64,000 bases of DNA from Kiritimatiellia bacterium (GCA_050949565.1 JBMNFY010000017.1:1344001-1408000); one strand, 5' to 3'; shown: positions 8,367 through 19,230, numbered from the stretch's first letter. Made by a program: numbers and translations. Notes: generated from the letters alone by a model not told the origin.

Positions 8367-11285
8367 TCACTGCCGCTTGAAGACGTAGTTGAACCGGCGC
8401 TCTGGAGCATCGTCGCCTTGGATCGTTGGATGACGGTCAAGGCTTTCGGGGTTGTCCTTCCAATGGAACTCGAATTTGAGTGGAGAAGAACCGAAGAGTT
8501 TTTGCGGCAACAGCAGTTCGACCTCGCGGGCACCGATGCGAATCGGCACGAAACTCACGTTTTCCCAGTGTCCTGCGATCGGAGAACCGCGCCACACGTC
8601 CAGCGAGGCGCGCGTGCCGTCTGCGGAAACCATGCGGTTCACGCGCAGATCATATCCGTACCACCCCGTCTCCGCCTGCGCATCGGCATTCACGAAAAGA
8701 ACCATCCAATTGGGGTCCGTGTGGGGTGAAAGGAAGTTTGCCGTCTGCGCATAAAACGCCACTTGTCCTTGCGGCGTTTCAGCGACCTTCAACTTCGCAA
8801 TGTCGTTGCGGCCGCTCGTATCCGTGTAGTGAACCTGACCGCATCCCCTGTGGTTGCGGTGAATCACATCGCCAATGGCATCGCGGTACGTGGGTTGGAC
8901 TGCCGCCCAGTCGTCAAACGATCCGTCCACGCTGATGGCATACGTGTTCGTTGCGACGGGCACGGAACGCGCTCCCTTGTAGCGGCGGATGTTGGCCGCA
9001 AGCTGATAGTAGTAGTTGTCGCCATGGCCACCCTTCATGGGTTCGCAGTCGCGGCTGTACTCCTGATTATACTGATCCACGAAGAGACCGCCGGGGAAGT
9101 AGCAGTCTGTCTCGGCGTCGAATCTGCTCCACTTTGTCATGCGTCCGGCGCGCCACTCGTTCCAGCCCGTCACGAAAATGAAGAGCGGGTCGTGCTTCAG
9201 CGCCCAATCCCACTGGTTCTGGAAAAAGATGCCGCGATTCACAGCCGCCGGGTCGGGATCAATCGCGCCGTCGTGCCAGCTACGCCCCATCGCACCGTCC
9301 TTGTGGGACATCGGCGCGGGGCCAGGTTGCCCCGGCAAGGCGTTTACCGCCACGCCCACACTCATCTGCTCGGCCTGTCCAAGGCTGTTCGTGAACACAT
9401 GTTGCGGCGAGACTTCAAGCCAGCTCCACTGGTCGGGAGCCCAAGGGCCGCGCCGATAGTCGGCCTCGGGGTAACGGAACGTGAAGAACTCCTTCATGCC
9501 GGGCAACTTGGCGCAGCGCGGATCGGCTAAGACGAGCGGCTTCCCCTGCCAGCGATACCATAGGTCCTTCCACTTACCGGGGCGATAAAGATCGTACCAC
9601 AACTGATCCAACACAATTGCCGCGCGCTCGGGACGGCCGCTGAACGTGAACGGACAGATGAAAGCAATCTGCGGAGTGGGGGTGCCCTGTTCGCGTAGGC
9701 GTGTCCAGGCCCGGCACAGCGCTTCGTACTGCTCCTTGAAGGTCCACGGCGGGTTCGTGGTGTCGAAAAACACCGCATCCACGCCGGCGGCGGCAAGAAG
9801 GATGGCATGGTGCGTGAGCACGTATTCGTCGGTCGCCCGGTAATAGCCATACTCGCTCTCGCCCCACCAGTGTGATGTACATGGTGGCCAGCTCACAATG
9901 CCGTCGCGGGCATTGGCCGTAAGCTTCGTGTTGTCGTAGGGGCCAAGCTCGTCACGGTGCCACGTCCAGTAGAAGATGCCCACGCTGCGGTCCGTGCGTG
10001 GCGCACCACAGGCCGCGGCATCAGGCAGCTCTCGTCCGAGGCCATCGACGGCTGCCCAAGTGTCGCACATCAAGTCGTACAAAACGGGAGCCTCATCCAC
10101 TACCTGCACGGAAGCTGATCCGAAGGTGTTCTTCTTCGCTGTCACGCGAATGGGTGCCTGCGCTGCACGCGGATCGTCACACAACTCAATACTGAGCCCA
10201 TAGAGATGGTAACCACGTGCGGGGTCGAGATTGCAGATGCGCAGTGTAAGCGAGTCCTCCTCGACCGCGTAAAACGGATACGTGATGCGCGAGACGGGAT
10301 GGAAGTTCTGCCATGTGGTGATCGAGGCGGGCGGCAAGGGGCCGTCCCCGTCCATATCGAACGAAAGAACGGCGGGACGCCCACGACTGCCGGAGGCTTC
10401 AAACGCGCGCTGGTAGATCGTGATGCGGTGCCAATGCCCTTTCTTTAGTCCTTTGAATTCAATTGGCTTCTCCGGGGTGAATCCCCACGCGAAGTCACTG
10501 AAAAGCGAATAGAGACCATGATGCCGCGGCACACCTACATTCTCCATCCGCATCAGATTTCCGCTGCTTCCCGGAAGACCGCTCACGCCAGCCGCACCCG
10601 GACCGTTCACATGACGGAACGTCACCCAGCATGCCACAGCGTTCGTGGGGTTCGGCCCGAAATCAAGCAGATGCGTATACGTTTTATTCGTGGAGAGGCC
10701 GCTATCAAAATCGTTTTCGAACGGGATCTCCTCCGGTCTCGGGAACTCGCCCGTCCACAGGCGTCCCGTCCCTGAAAGTTCCTCGAACGCAAGATCCTTC
10801 GTCGCATGCAAACAGGCGGCAGCGCCGATGTGCACCTTCGCCGTCACGCCGTCATCTGCAAGGCGCACAAGGCCCTCTTCTAGATTAAGCGCGACGAAGC
10901 GAGCACTTTGGGCGCACACGACCATGCCGCCGCCGCGCACGGTTACACGCGGTGCCGTATCCACGAGTGCCACGGCATTGGACGTTCCCGCGTCTGCAAT
11001 CCATTCGGGAATTTCGGCCAGACCCTCAAGGCAGAAGCCGTTCGAGCGGAATCGCACCCGTGAGGCCGTCACGCCCTCAAGTACACGCACACGGCACGCC
11101 GAACCGGCGAACACGGCCTCAGCGCCATTCTTCCAAGCGCACGCCGTTCCTTTGTCGTCCATCCAGTTCTGCGCCGCGCCGCCCCATGTGTCGCCGTCAA
11201 CGCCGTTCCACGTCAGCACTTCGGCCTGCACACCAACCGCGCACAGGTACCCACAAATCATCTTTTTAAGCATGCTACATCTCAC
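8367..11285 (-). CDS. Secreted putative glycoside hydrolase (GH99/GH71-like TIM barrel) with an N-terminal beta-strand-repeat region
   Basis: VGIFYWTWH, HWWGESEYGYY, AGVDAVFFDTTN and FVTGWNEW motifs; N-terminal 'LTWNG...W...NW' passenger-like repeat. Confidence 0.6.
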   Translation of the reverse strand: MRCSMLKKMICGYLCAVGVQAEVLTWNGVDGDTWGGAAQNWMDDKGTACAWKNGAEAVFAGSACRVRVLEGVTASRVRFRSNGFCLEGLAEIPEWIADAGTSNAVALVDTAPRVTVRGGGMVVCAQSARFVALNLEEGLVRLADDGVTAKVHIGAAACLHATKDLAFEELSGTGRLWTGEFPRPEEIPFENDFDSGLSTNKTYTHLLDFGPNPTNAVACWVTFRHVNGPGAAGVSGLPGSSGNLMRMENVGVPRHHGLYSLFSDFAWGFTPEKPIEFKGLKKGHWHRITIYQRAFEASGSRGRPAVLSFDMDGDGPLPPASITTWQNFHPVSRITYPFYAVEEDSLTLRICNLDPARGYHLYGLSIELCDDPRAAQAPIRVTAKKNTFGSASVQVVDEAPVLYDLMCDTWAAVDGLGRELPDAAACGAPRTDRSVGIFYWTWHRDELGPYDNTKLTANARDGIVSWPPCTSHWWGESEYGYYRATDEYVLTHHAILLAAAGVDAVFFDTTNPPWTFKEQYEALCRAWTRLREQGTPTPQIAFICPFTFSGRPERAAIVLDQLWYDLYRPGKWKDLWYRWQGKPLVLADPRCAKLPGMKEFFTFRYPEADYRRGPWAPDQWSWLEVSPQHVFTNSLGQAEQMSVGVAVNALPGQPGPAPMSHKDGAMGRSWHDGAIDPDPAAVNRGIFFQNQWDWALKHDPLFIFVTGWNEWRAGRMTKWSRFDAETDCYFPGGLFVDQYNQEYSRDCEPMKGGHGDNYYYQLAANIRRYKGARSVPVATNTYAISVDGSFDDWAAVQPTYRDAIGDVIHRNHRGCGQVHYTDTSGRNDIAKLKVAETPQGQVAFYAQTANFLSPHTDPNWMVLFVNADAQAETGWYGYDLRVNRMVSADGTRASLDVWRGSPIAGHWENVSFVPIRIGAREVELLLPQKLFGSSPLKFEFHWKDNPESLDRHPTIQGDDAPERRFNYVFKRQ

Positions 11286-11367
11286 TGCAAGATAAGGACC
11301 AGACCTCGTGTACTGTACAGGTTGGCGGTCAACGTGTTAGCACAGGAATCCACACCACCTCTTACCC

Positions 11368-12873
11368 TCAGTGCGGACGGACCACGCCCTCGACAGCTAC
11401 AGAGGGCACACGGACGACGATCGAACGACGGAACGCCGGCAACCGCGGCGCCTTGACCGTGACCCGGCGGTCCTCCCAAGGCAGATAGCAGTCGAGATCG
11501 CAGTTCCGGAACGGCACGTCCTGATCCGAGAGAACCTGTGCGCGGTTCCCCTCAACGAGTTCACTCCGCCAGTCGCTGACCTTGTCGCGGCACCAGATGA
11601 TGGACGTCTTCTTCCCGCGCAGACCGTACATCCGCAACCGCCGCGATTCGGTGTAGAACGGCTTCATCTCTTCGGCAACTGGATCAAGGCCCTCGATCGC
11701 CTTCGCGAAGCGTCCGAAATGCCACCAGAGATTGTTGCCATCGATGTACTGGTGGTCCCAGTGCCAGAACTGGCCGCAACCCGCCGACCCCGCGAAAAAC
11801 GCTGCAAAGACGGCATCGTGCAAAAGCGTGCCCTCTTTGTCGAAGGGGTAGTAAGGGAAGGGGCCGGCATGATTCGCCTGAACAGCGCCGACCTCCGCGA
11901 CGATCGCTGGCTTCGGCGAGCGGTCGAGCAATTCGCGTGTCGCGCTCGCGGCCACCACGTCCATCGACGCGCGACAGACATCGAGGCAGGCTCCGGTGTC
12001 GAGGTAGCGGTGAATCTGCATGAAGTCGTTGCCCTTCTCCTGCGCGAGCGCGTCGTACATCTGATAGGCGCCCACGTCGGAAAAGCTGCCGAGGTTGTTG
12101 ACCGTGAGTTGACGCGGGAACATCCGCTTCAACTCATCGAGCGCCCACTCGGACCATTCCGAATACTGGGCGATTGAGCCACAGCAGTTGATCTCGTTCC
12201 AGAGCTCCCAGCAGTAGACCGCAGGCGAATCGGCGAAGCCAAGGTCCTTGAAGTACTGCGCCTTGCGAAGGTAAATCGCACGGCACTCCGGCGAACGGAA
12301 GAACTCGGCAACGTTCTTCGCGTACGGCGCGTAGAGCGGACGGTTGAAGATGCCGTTGTAGTCGAAGTTCACCTTCGGCTGCGCCGTCTTCGCCTGCACC
12401 TCGGGCGAGAGACACATCCGGAAGCTTTCGAAGGTGATCTTCACCTTGATGCCGAGCTCCTCGCAGAGGGCGACGATGCCCTTCATCGTCTTCGTCTTCT
12501 CGGCGTCCCACACGCCGGGCTTCTCGGGCATCACCTCGAGCGAGCGGTGTCCGGCCCAGAGGCGGATGCAGTTGCCGCCGTTCGCGGCAAAGCGCCGCAG
12601 CCAGCGTTCGAAATTCGCGCGCACCTCGGCGTCCGAGACGTTGAGCCGGTCGAAGCAGACGTTGCAGCCGATTGGAATCCACGTCTTCTCCGTGGCACCC
12701 TCGACGAAGTAGCGCGGATGCTTCCGCGAGACCTCGATTAGTTTCGGAGCCACATGTCCGGAATCATCGGCACCATTCACGGCCATCGGCACGCCCGCGA
12801 CCATCCCGCACAGCAGCACAATCAGACAACCGCATTCAGCTAAACGACTTTTCATTGTTTCTCCTTGCCGCAC
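11368..12873 (-). CDS. Secreted clan GH-A (GH5-like) glycoside hydrolase
   Basis: Signal peptide; NGGNCIRLW; WELWNE acid/base motif; KPAIVAEVG nucleophile motif; FWHWD. Confidence 0.65.
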   Translation of the reverse strand: MRQGETMKSRLAECGCLIVLLCGMVAGVPMAVNGADDSGHVAPKLIEVSRKHPRYFVEGATEKTWIPIGCNVCFDRLNVSDAEVRANFERWLRRFAANGGNCIRLWAGHRSLEVMPEKPGVWDAEKTKTMKGIVALCEELGIKVKITFESFRMCLSPEVQAKTAQPKVNFDYNGIFNRPLYAPYAKNVAEFFRSPECRAIYLRKAQYFKDLGFADSPAVYCWELWNEINCCGSIAQYSEWSEWALDELKRMFPRQLTVNNLGSFSDVGAYQMYDALAQEKGNDFMQIHRYLDTGACLDVCRASMDVVAASATRELLDRSPKPAIVAEVGAVQANHAGPFPYYPFDKEGTLLHDAVFAAFFAGSAGCGQFWHWDHQYIDGNNLWWHFGRFAKAIEGLDPVAEEMKPFYTESRRLRMYGLRGKKTSIIWCRDKVSDWRSELVEGNRAQVLSDQDVPFRNCDLDCYLPWEDRRVTVKAPRLPAFRRSIVVRVPSVAVEGVVRPH

Positions 12874-13002
12874 GTTATACCATATCTTCGAGATTTATTC
12901 GTCCTCCAATTCAAGGCACTTCACGGCGCAGTCGAAATACACGGGGTTCCCGCATTTGGCTTTCCATCAAACGCTGTATGATGGGCTTGTGACCCGACCC
13001 CG

Positions 13003-13947
13003 TTGTTTGTTACTCTGAGGGCCATGCGATATTTCTGGCCTATTTATTTGACGGCGTTTGTGGCTGGCACGGTGATTGTCTTTATGGCGGCACCTCTGGC
13101 TCGGCCATACGTTCCTGAATGGATGAAAGTCTCGACACCGTCGGCGACGACGAATGTTGTACGGCCTGTTGCTGCCGCGCGCATCCAGAGTTCCGGTCGC
13201 ACGGCGTCCGCAAATTCGACTGCCGCCGGGCAAGCATCCACCGCCATCCAAGAAATGCACCCTGACGAACTGCCGCCGGCCTTGCATGGCATCTATCTGG
13301 CACAGCGTAGCGAACGGCCCGGCTGGGGCATCACGCACCAACGTGCCGCCTATTACACGCCCGACGGCTCGCGCGTCGGCCATGTGGAAGGCGGCGTGCT
13401 GTTCGACTTCCAAGGTGTGCGTACCTCTTCCAAAGGCAGTATGGTCGAGTGTATCCTGCATGAGGATAACATCCCGGCCACGCCTATGCTGATCAGCGCG
13501 TCTGACGCCTTCCTCTTCACCGGCGACCACAAGAAGCTCTCGCAGCGGCAGCGTAATGACCTGAAGGCTTATTATACGTTGACCGGAAAAATAGCGGGCC
13601 GCAGGAAAGAGATTCTCCAGCAGGCGGCTGACAAGAATCCCTTTTTTTCGGAGTACCAAGCAGCCTACAAGACGCTCATGACCCACGTCGAAAAGGCCAA
13701 ACAACTTTCGAGAAAACGTGACAAGGCTACCGATCAGGAGAAGATACAGATCGAGGACACCCTGCGGCAAATGAAGACGACCGAAGCGCAACTCCGCAAA
13801 ACATATGATGCGATCCACCTGAAGTTCCGCACTTGGAAGGAGCAGCACGCCGACGAGATCCCCAAGCCGGAGGACGACGCGCAGATTCAGCAATGGACCC
13901 AACAGCGGCTCGCCCTAATCCCGCGCGTACCGGGTCTGGCCTACTAA
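13003..13947 (+). CDS. Hypothetical membrane-anchored coiled-coil protein
   Basis: 314-aa ORF with an N-terminal TM helix and helical C-terminus; likely start at MRYFW (13024). Confidence 0.6.
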   Translation: MFVTLRAMRYFWPIYLTAFVAGTVIVFMAAPLARPYVPEWMKVSTPSATTNVVRPVAAARIQSSGRTASANSTAAGQASTAIQEMHPDELPPALHGIYLAQRSERPGWGITHQRAAYYTPDGSRVGHVEGGVLFDFQGVRTSSKGSMVECILHEDNIPATPMLISASDAFLFTGDHKKLSQRQRNDLKAYYTLTGKIAGRRKEILQQAADKNPFFSEYQAAYKTLMTHVEKAKQLSRKRDKATDQEKIQIEDTLRQMKTTEAQLRKTYDAIHLKFRTWKEQHADEIPKPEDDAQIQQWTQQRLALIPRVPGLAY

Positions 13948-13953
13948 CGCATA

Positions 13954-14796
13954 TCACTCACCGTGATGCGGTGTGTGCATCGCTGGCGTCGGATCAAGCA
14001 CATGGCAGTCGGCCCCGTGGCGGATCGCCGTCAGACTGCCGCCGAATGCCTCGGTGAAGGTCGCCGAGGCCACCTCGCCCAAGGCGTGCATGCCCGCCGT
14101 ACCGTTGATGCAAAGCACATGGGTCGCGTGTCCAGTCACCACGCTCAAATTGTGTGAGACCATCATCACCGTGATCTCTTGCGTGAGTGCCTTGAAGAGC
14201 TCATACAGACGGCTGGCATGCTCCGGATCGACATTCGCCACCGGTTCGTCCAGCAACAGCAACTCGGAGCCGCCCGCCAACGCCTGCGCGATCAGTACGC
14301 GCTGACGTTCGCCACCGGACAACTCGGCAAACGCACGCCGCCCGAAACCGGATAGCCCCACCCGCTCCAACGCCAACTGGGCCGCCGCGCGGTCGGCCCG
14401 GCCGTAGTGCCCGAAACGGCTCTTGGCCACACGCCCCATCAGCACCACCTCATTCACCGAGACCGGAAAAGCCGGATCGAACGGCGCGGCTTGAGGCACG
14501 TAGCCGACGCGCGTACGCGCCACTGCAGGATCGGCACCCAACACGCGGATCGTGCCGTAACGCGGCGCGTACTCGCCCAGCAGCAGTTTGAGTAGCGTGG
14601 TCTTGCCCCCGCCGTTCGGACCGACCACCGCCACCAACGCATGCGGTGCCACACTGAAGGTGACATTGTGCAACACCTCCTGCCCATTGTAGGAGAAGCA
14701 GACATCGCGCACATCGATGACTGGCTCTGCAGCAACACTCACGGCGCGTCTCCCGCCGCCAGTTTCGCCGCCACGTCGCGCATCATTTCCGGCCAC
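13954..14796 (-). CDS. Zn/Mn ABC transporter ATP-binding protein (ZnuC-like)
   Basis: GPNGGGKTT, LSGGERQRV and LLLLDEP motifs; His-containing tail. Confidence 0.9.
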   Translation of the reverse strand: MAGNDARRGGETGGGRRAVSVAAEPVIDVRDVCFSYNGQEVLHNVTFSVAPHALVAVVGPNGGGKTTLLKLLLGEYAPRYGTIRVLGADPAVARTRVGYVPQAAPFDPAFPVSVNEVVLMGRVAKSRFGHYGRADRAAAQLALERVGLSGFGRRAFAELSGGERQRVLIAQALAGGSELLLLDEPVANVDPEHASRLYELFKALTQEITVMMVSHNLSVVTGHATHVLCINGTAGMHALGEVASATFTEAFGGSLTAIRHGADCHVLDPTPAMHTPHHGE

Positions 14797-15611
14797 GCCT
14801 CGGCCAGCGGATCAATCACCTCGACACGCGCGCCGATCTGCCGCGCCAGCGTCACCACCGGCCGCCGATCATACTGCGGCTCGGCGAATACAGTCCGCAC
14901 GCCAGCCTCCCGCGCTTGCCGGATGACCGACGCCAAATGCCGTGCGGAGGGCGTTCTGCCTTCCTCTTCAACCGCCAGCAACACGAGCCCGTAGCTCTCC
15001 GCAAAATATGACCACGATGGATGGTAGACCACCCATGTGCGCGTCCGCAACCCCGTCAACCGTTCACGCACCGTAACATCGGTCGCCTGAATCTCGGCCA
15101 CCGTCGCCGTCAGCCGCTCCGCCAGCCCCGGCCGCGACGTTGACAATGTTCGCTCCAGGGCCGTCACAGTGTTCGAGGCCATGACACACATCAGATGCGG
15201 TGCCAGCCAGATATGCGGATCGCCTCCCGCCGTGCAGCAGGCATGCCCCGGCGCACCGTGATCGTGGCCTTCATGGTGACCGTGCACGTGTGAGCCGCGC
15301 TTAGCGATACCGGCGTCCATCGCCGCCACCACCAGCGACGGATTGAGCGTTGCGGCGCGCGTGATCAGCGGCGTCTCGAACGGCATGCCGACCGTCAAGT
15401 AGAGCGAGGCCTCCGACAGCTTGCGGAGTTGGCGCGAATCGGGCTCGTACGTATGCGGGTTCGCTCCTGCGGCCAGTAGCGTCTGCACCTCGGCTGCATC
15501 GCCGGCCAACCGCTTGACCAGCCACGCCTGCGGCGGGATCGACACGAACACCACAGGCCGTGCCTGCACACCGAGCACCGCGAGCAACAGGAAGAGCGCA
15601 CAGAACCTCAT
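14739..15611 (-). CDS. Zn/Mn ABC transporter substrate-binding protein (ZnuA-like)
   Basis: NPHTYEP, His-rich loop, DPHIWL and YHPSWSYFA motifs. Confidence 0.9.
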   Translation of the reverse strand: MRFCALFLLLAVLGVQARPVVFVSIPPQAWLVKRLAGDAAEVQTLLAAGANPHTYEPDSRQLRKLSEASLYLTVGMPFETPLITRAATLNPSLVVAAMDAGIAKRGSHVHGHHEGHDHGAPGHACCTAGGDPHIWLAPHLMCVMASNTVTALERTLSTSRPGLAERLTATVAEIQATDVTVRERLTGLRTRTWVVYHPSWSYFAESYGLVLLAVEEEGRTPSARHLASVIRQAREAGVRTVFAEPQYDRRPVVTLARQIGARVEVIDPLAEAWPEMMRDVAAKLAAGDAP

Positions 15612-15859
15612 CCGCGCTCCTTGGCCAGCGCGGACTTCACCGACACCCCGGCGATCTTGCCGAGACGTCCGGAGAGCGCCCCCAGTTCGTCGGTCGTGGT
15701 CTCCACCACCAACGTGATCACCGAGATGTCCTTATCTTGGCGCGGCAGACCCACGCGCGCCAAGATGATCTCCGCGTGTTCAGACAACACGCGGTTGACC
15801 GCCTCGACGCTTTCGCGATTCTCTAGGATGATGCCGACAAACCCGATGCGCCGCCCCAT
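15608..15859 (-). CDS. TM1266-family ACT-like regulator (iron-only hydrogenase system regulator / NikR C-terminal-like)
   Basis: RIGFVGII..VNRVLSE...IILARVGLP...LSGRLGKIAGVSVKS pattern. Confidence 0.75.
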   Translation of the reverse strand: MGRRIGFVGIILENRESVEAVNRVLSEHAEIILARVGLPRQDKDISVITLVVETTTDELGALSGRLGKIAGVSVKSALAKERG

Positions 15860-15869
15860 TCCGCGCCCC

Positions 15870-16673
15870 CTACGCCTTGCTCAGCTCGCGGCTGCGCGCG
15901 GCGGCCGCCGCCAGCGTCTGATCGATGACCGTGCTCACGTCCGAAGCTTCCAGCACCGCCAGGCCCGCTGCAGTCGTGCCCTTCGGCGAGGCAACCGCCT
16001 GAATGAACTCGCCGATGTCATCTCCCGTGGTCTGCAGATGGACGGCGGTGCCAATCAGCGTCTGCTCCGCCAACAGGCGCGCGTCCTCCTCCGGCAGACC
16101 AAGCGCCACCGCCGCCTTGATCATCGCCTGCAGCACGTACGCCACAAACGCCGGTCCTGAGCCGCTCAACGCAGTGACGGCGTCAAAGTTTTGCTCCGGC
16201 AGTTCCAGTACGGCGCCTGCCGCACCGAAAAGCTCCATCGCGGCATCCTTGTCGTCTTCCGTGACGTTCTCAGCCGCGCAAAAGACACTCATGCCCTCAC
16301 CTACGCTCAGCGCGAGATTGGGCATCACACGCACCAGACGCGGCTTGGTTCCAATGACCCCTTGCAGCGCTGCGAGCGTCTTGCCCGCCGCGATCGAAAT
16401 CACCAGATGCTCCTCGTTCAATTGATCTTTGACTCCAGCCAGCAGCGCATCAACATCCTGCGGCTTTACCGCGACCACCAACACATCGCACTCTTCAACG
16501 ACCTCCGCCGCATCGTCCGTGACCGCCACCTCATACTGCTCGGCCATCCAGTCGCGCCGCTCCTTCGAGATATCGCAAACGATAATCTCCCACGGCTCGC
16601 ACAGTTCATCCAGCACCAGCGAAGACAAAAGCGCCTCCGCCATCTTGCCCGCACCCAGAAATCCGATTGCCAT
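15870..16673 (-). CDS. proC: Pyrroline-5-carboxylate reductase
   Basis: GFLGAGKMA, AVKPQ, RVMPN, TALSGSGPA and SPKGTT motifs. Confidence 0.95.
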   Translation of the reverse strand: MAIGFLGAGKMAEALLSSLVLDELCEPWEIIVCDISKERRDWMAEQYEVAVTDDAAEVVEECDVLVVAVKPQDVDALLAGVKDQLNEEHLVISIAAGKTLAALQGVIGTKPRLVRVMPNLALSVGEGMSVFCAAENVTEDDKDAAMELFGAAGAVLELPEQNFDAVTALSGSGPAFVAYVLQAMIKAAVALGLPEEDARLLAEQTLIGTAVHLQTTGDDIGEFIQAVASPKGTTAAGLAVLEASDVSTVIDQTLAAAAARSRELSKA

Positions 16674-16706
16674 TGCTTACTCCTCTCGTTACCGTTTCTC
16701 TTGTGA

Positions 16707-16805
16707 GACCCTTGCAAAATCCCTTACTTGCAGGAGTGGCACGGGCATCTTGCCCGTGTTTCATGGGCGAGACGCCCATGCCACGAGGGGCTTGCAAGAA
16801 CCTCT
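16707..16805. repeat. REP-like element, family A
   Basis: Near-identical to 1110-1207, including the TTGCAAAATCC...TTGCAAG flanks. Confidence 0.85.
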
Positions 16806-16816
16806 TTGTTTTTCTC

Positions 16817-17329
16817 TCACGCATAACCGTGACGACGCAACTCCGCACGCAGTTCAAGCTGGAAGGCCCGCATGTCGGCAGGTGCTGGTTGGTAACCCGG
16901 CGTTTCCGGATCCAGACCGAAGCGCCCATACTGGTCAATCAGCCAACTCGCCTTTGCGCCGTCCGAAAAGGTCACGGTGCCGCTTATCACCGCGCCGGGA
17001 CGCATCACGCGATCCAACGACAGCGACACCTTTGCCGCCTGCTCACCATCGGGCGTCGTTTCGTCGTTGAACGACTCATCGGCGTAGGGATCGTCAGCAT
17101 AAGGATCATCGTCATCCATCGACGGCGGCGGTGGTGGTTTCGGTTTGGCCTCTTCCGGATCGGGCTTGTCCTTCACGGCGGCACCGATCTCCAACACCAG
17201 CAGGCGGACATCCATATAAGTCAGGGCGATCCCGAACTCGCTTTTCAGGTTCCCCTGGACATCGGCGAGCGAGGCCCCTGCGGCCAGCCATTCTTTCACG
17301 CTCTGACGCTGTTGTTCAGTTAACTCCAT
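16817..17329 (-). CDS. Hypothetical protein
   Basis: 170-aa ORF with two folded segments joined by an acidic/Pro-rich linker. Confidence 0.65.
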   Translation of the reverse strand: MELTEQQRQSVKEWLAAGASLADVQGNLKSEFGIALTYMDVRLLVLEIGAAVKDKPDPEEAKPKPPPPPSMDDDDPYADDPYADESFNDETTPDGEQAAKVSLSLDRVMRPGAVISGTVTFSDGAKASWLIDQYGRFGLDPETPGYQPAPADMRAFQLELRAELRRHGYA

Positions 17330-17673
17330 CGTTCAAAATCTCCTATCTAAGATAAACGCACATCGGCGTGCGATCCAACGCAGTCGAATCCACGCCCGAG
17401 GGAAAGGCCGGGAGTTGCGACATCCCGAACCGGCAACTACCCCGCCCCCAAAATTACTCGAAATGATAACACTAAAGGTCACGATGGTGGAAGCCGTTTC
17501 TAGCTTCTCTGCGTGGGCGCGTTCTTGCTTACGAATGTGGCACGGGCATCTTGCCCACTTATTACCTATTACCTCTTACCTATTACCTATTACCTATTAC
17601 ATCTTACTTACTACTTCCGTCTTGCCGCTATTTCGTTATTCACTGTTCACCCCCTCAGGTTTTTTGCTAAAGT

Positions 17674-18525
17674 TTGGGCATGTTCGCTGTGCTTCCAACT
17701 TCTTTCCGGGCGGCATCCGGGGTGGCGGTGTGCGCGTTGACGGCCTGCGTGTCGTTCGCGTCGCTGACGCAAGCCGACGACAGCCCTTACCGGCTGCCGC
17801 CTTTTGAGCATTATCAGCCGATCTTGGATCGCATGCCCTTCGGTGCGATGCCTGCGGTCGCGCCTCCGGTGTCGCCGGAGCAGGCGGCCGCTGCCGTCAC
17901 TGAGGCCGAAGCCGCTGCCGAACAGCAAGCCCTCGCCAAGCAGGTCACGGTGTCCGCCGTGAATATCACACCCAAAGGACACACCACCGTCGGCTTCACT
18001 GACCGCTCGGTGAACCCGCCCTCCAATTACTACCTGCGCGTCGGCGAGAGTGCAGACGGATGGACGGTGAAGGACGCCGATTTCGACGACGAGATCGCGA
18101 CGCTCGAAAAAGACGGCGTGGCCATCACCCTCAAATTAGGCGAGGGCCTTGTCGAAACTCCCGCCGCATCCTCTCAGCCTGCCGCTCCTGCCGCTGGCGC
18201 ACCCTCCGCGACCGTTACTGCTGCTCCCGCCACCGCCGCGCCTGCCCCCGCGCCCACCGCAACTGCCGCCCGGCACCCGCCGGGCCTTCTCTCCGCGTCC
18301 CGTAGACAGCTCTTGACCGCCAATGCTTCGGAGCCCTCTTTCGCCGATCGGCTACGTGAACGTACCGTACAGAAAACTCAGGCCCAAAAGGAGACCGAGG
18401 CGCGGATGCGTGAACAGTTCGAACGTCTCGCCCGTGAAACCGCCGCCCGTGAAATCCAGCGCCGCCAAGAGGAGGAAGCTCTCGCTGCTGAGGAGAACGC
18501 GTTGCTGGAACAACAGGTACAATAA
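17674..18525 (+). CDS. Hypothetical exported protein (possibly secretion-system GspC/PilP-like)
   Basis: Signal peptide; 'YYLRVGESADGWTV' beta segment; Ala/Pro linker; coiled-coil tail. Confidence 0.45.
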   Translation: MGMFAVLPTSFRAASGVAVCALTACVSFASLTQADDSPYRLPPFEHYQPILDRMPFGAMPAVAPPVSPEQAAAAVTEAEAAAEQQALAKQVTVSAVNITPKGHTTVGFTDRSVNPPSNYYLRVGESADGWTVKDADFDDEIATLEKDGVAITLKLGEGLVETPAASSQPAAPAAGAPSATVTAAPATAAPAPAPTATAARHPPGLLSASRRQLLTANASEPSFADRLRERTVQKTQAQKETEARMREQFERLARETAAREIQRRQEEEALAAEENALLEQQVQ

Positions 18526-18543
18526 TGTCCTTGGAGAGCGTCT

Positions 18544-19230
18544 GTGCATACGCGCACCGAACAGTTGCTGGGGAGTGACGCCGTCAAGCGCCTTGGCGTC
18601 AGCCGTGTCGCGCTTTTCGGTCTCGGTGGCGTCGGCTCCTTCACCGCCGAAGCGCTGGCGCGCGCCGGTATCGGCCACCTCATGCTGGTGGATGGCGATG
18701 TCGTCGCACCCGCCAATCTCAACCGCCAGCTTATCGCGCTGCACAGCACGCTGGGCCGCCCCAAGACCGAAGTCATGGCGGCGCGCATCCACGACATCTC
18801 GCCCGCGATCCAAGTTGATGCGCGTCACACTTTCTATCTACCGGAAAACGCCGACGCCTTTGACCTCGCTGACTTTGACTATGTGATCGATGCCGTCGAT
18901 ACCGTCGCGGCCAAAGTTGAACTCGCAGTCCGCGCACACGCCGCCGGCGTCCCGCTCGTAAGCTGCATGGGGGCCGGCAACAAACTCGACCCCACACGCT
19001 TTGAGGTGGCCGATCTCTTCGCGACCTCCGTCTGCCCGCTCTGCAAGGCGATGCGCAAGGCGTTGAAAGCGCGCGGCGTCGACGCGCTCACCGTGGTCTA
19101 CTCGCGTGAAACACCCGCAACCACCTGCCATCCGCCGGGCAGTGTTTCGTTTGTACCGTCCGTCGCCGGCTTGATTTTGGCCGGCGTCGTCATCCGCGCC
19201 CTCGCCGGGCGTGACCAACCCCAAGCCTGA
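18544..19230 (+). CDS. tcdA: tRNA threonylcarbamoyladenosine dehydratase (ThiF family)
   Basis: GLGGVGS, NLNRQ, DAVDT and CMGAGNKLDP motifs. Confidence 0.85.
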   Translation: MHTRTEQLLGSDAVKRLGVSRVALFGLGGVGSFTAEALARAGIGHLMLVDGDVVAPANLNRQLIALHSTLGRPKTEVMAARIHDISPAIQVDARHTFYLPENADAFDLADFDYVIDAVDTVAAKVELAVRAHAAGVPLVSCMGAGNKLDPTRFEVADLFATSVCPLCKAMRKALKARGVDALTVVYSRETPATTCHPPGSVSFVPSVAGLILAGVVIRALAGRDQPQA

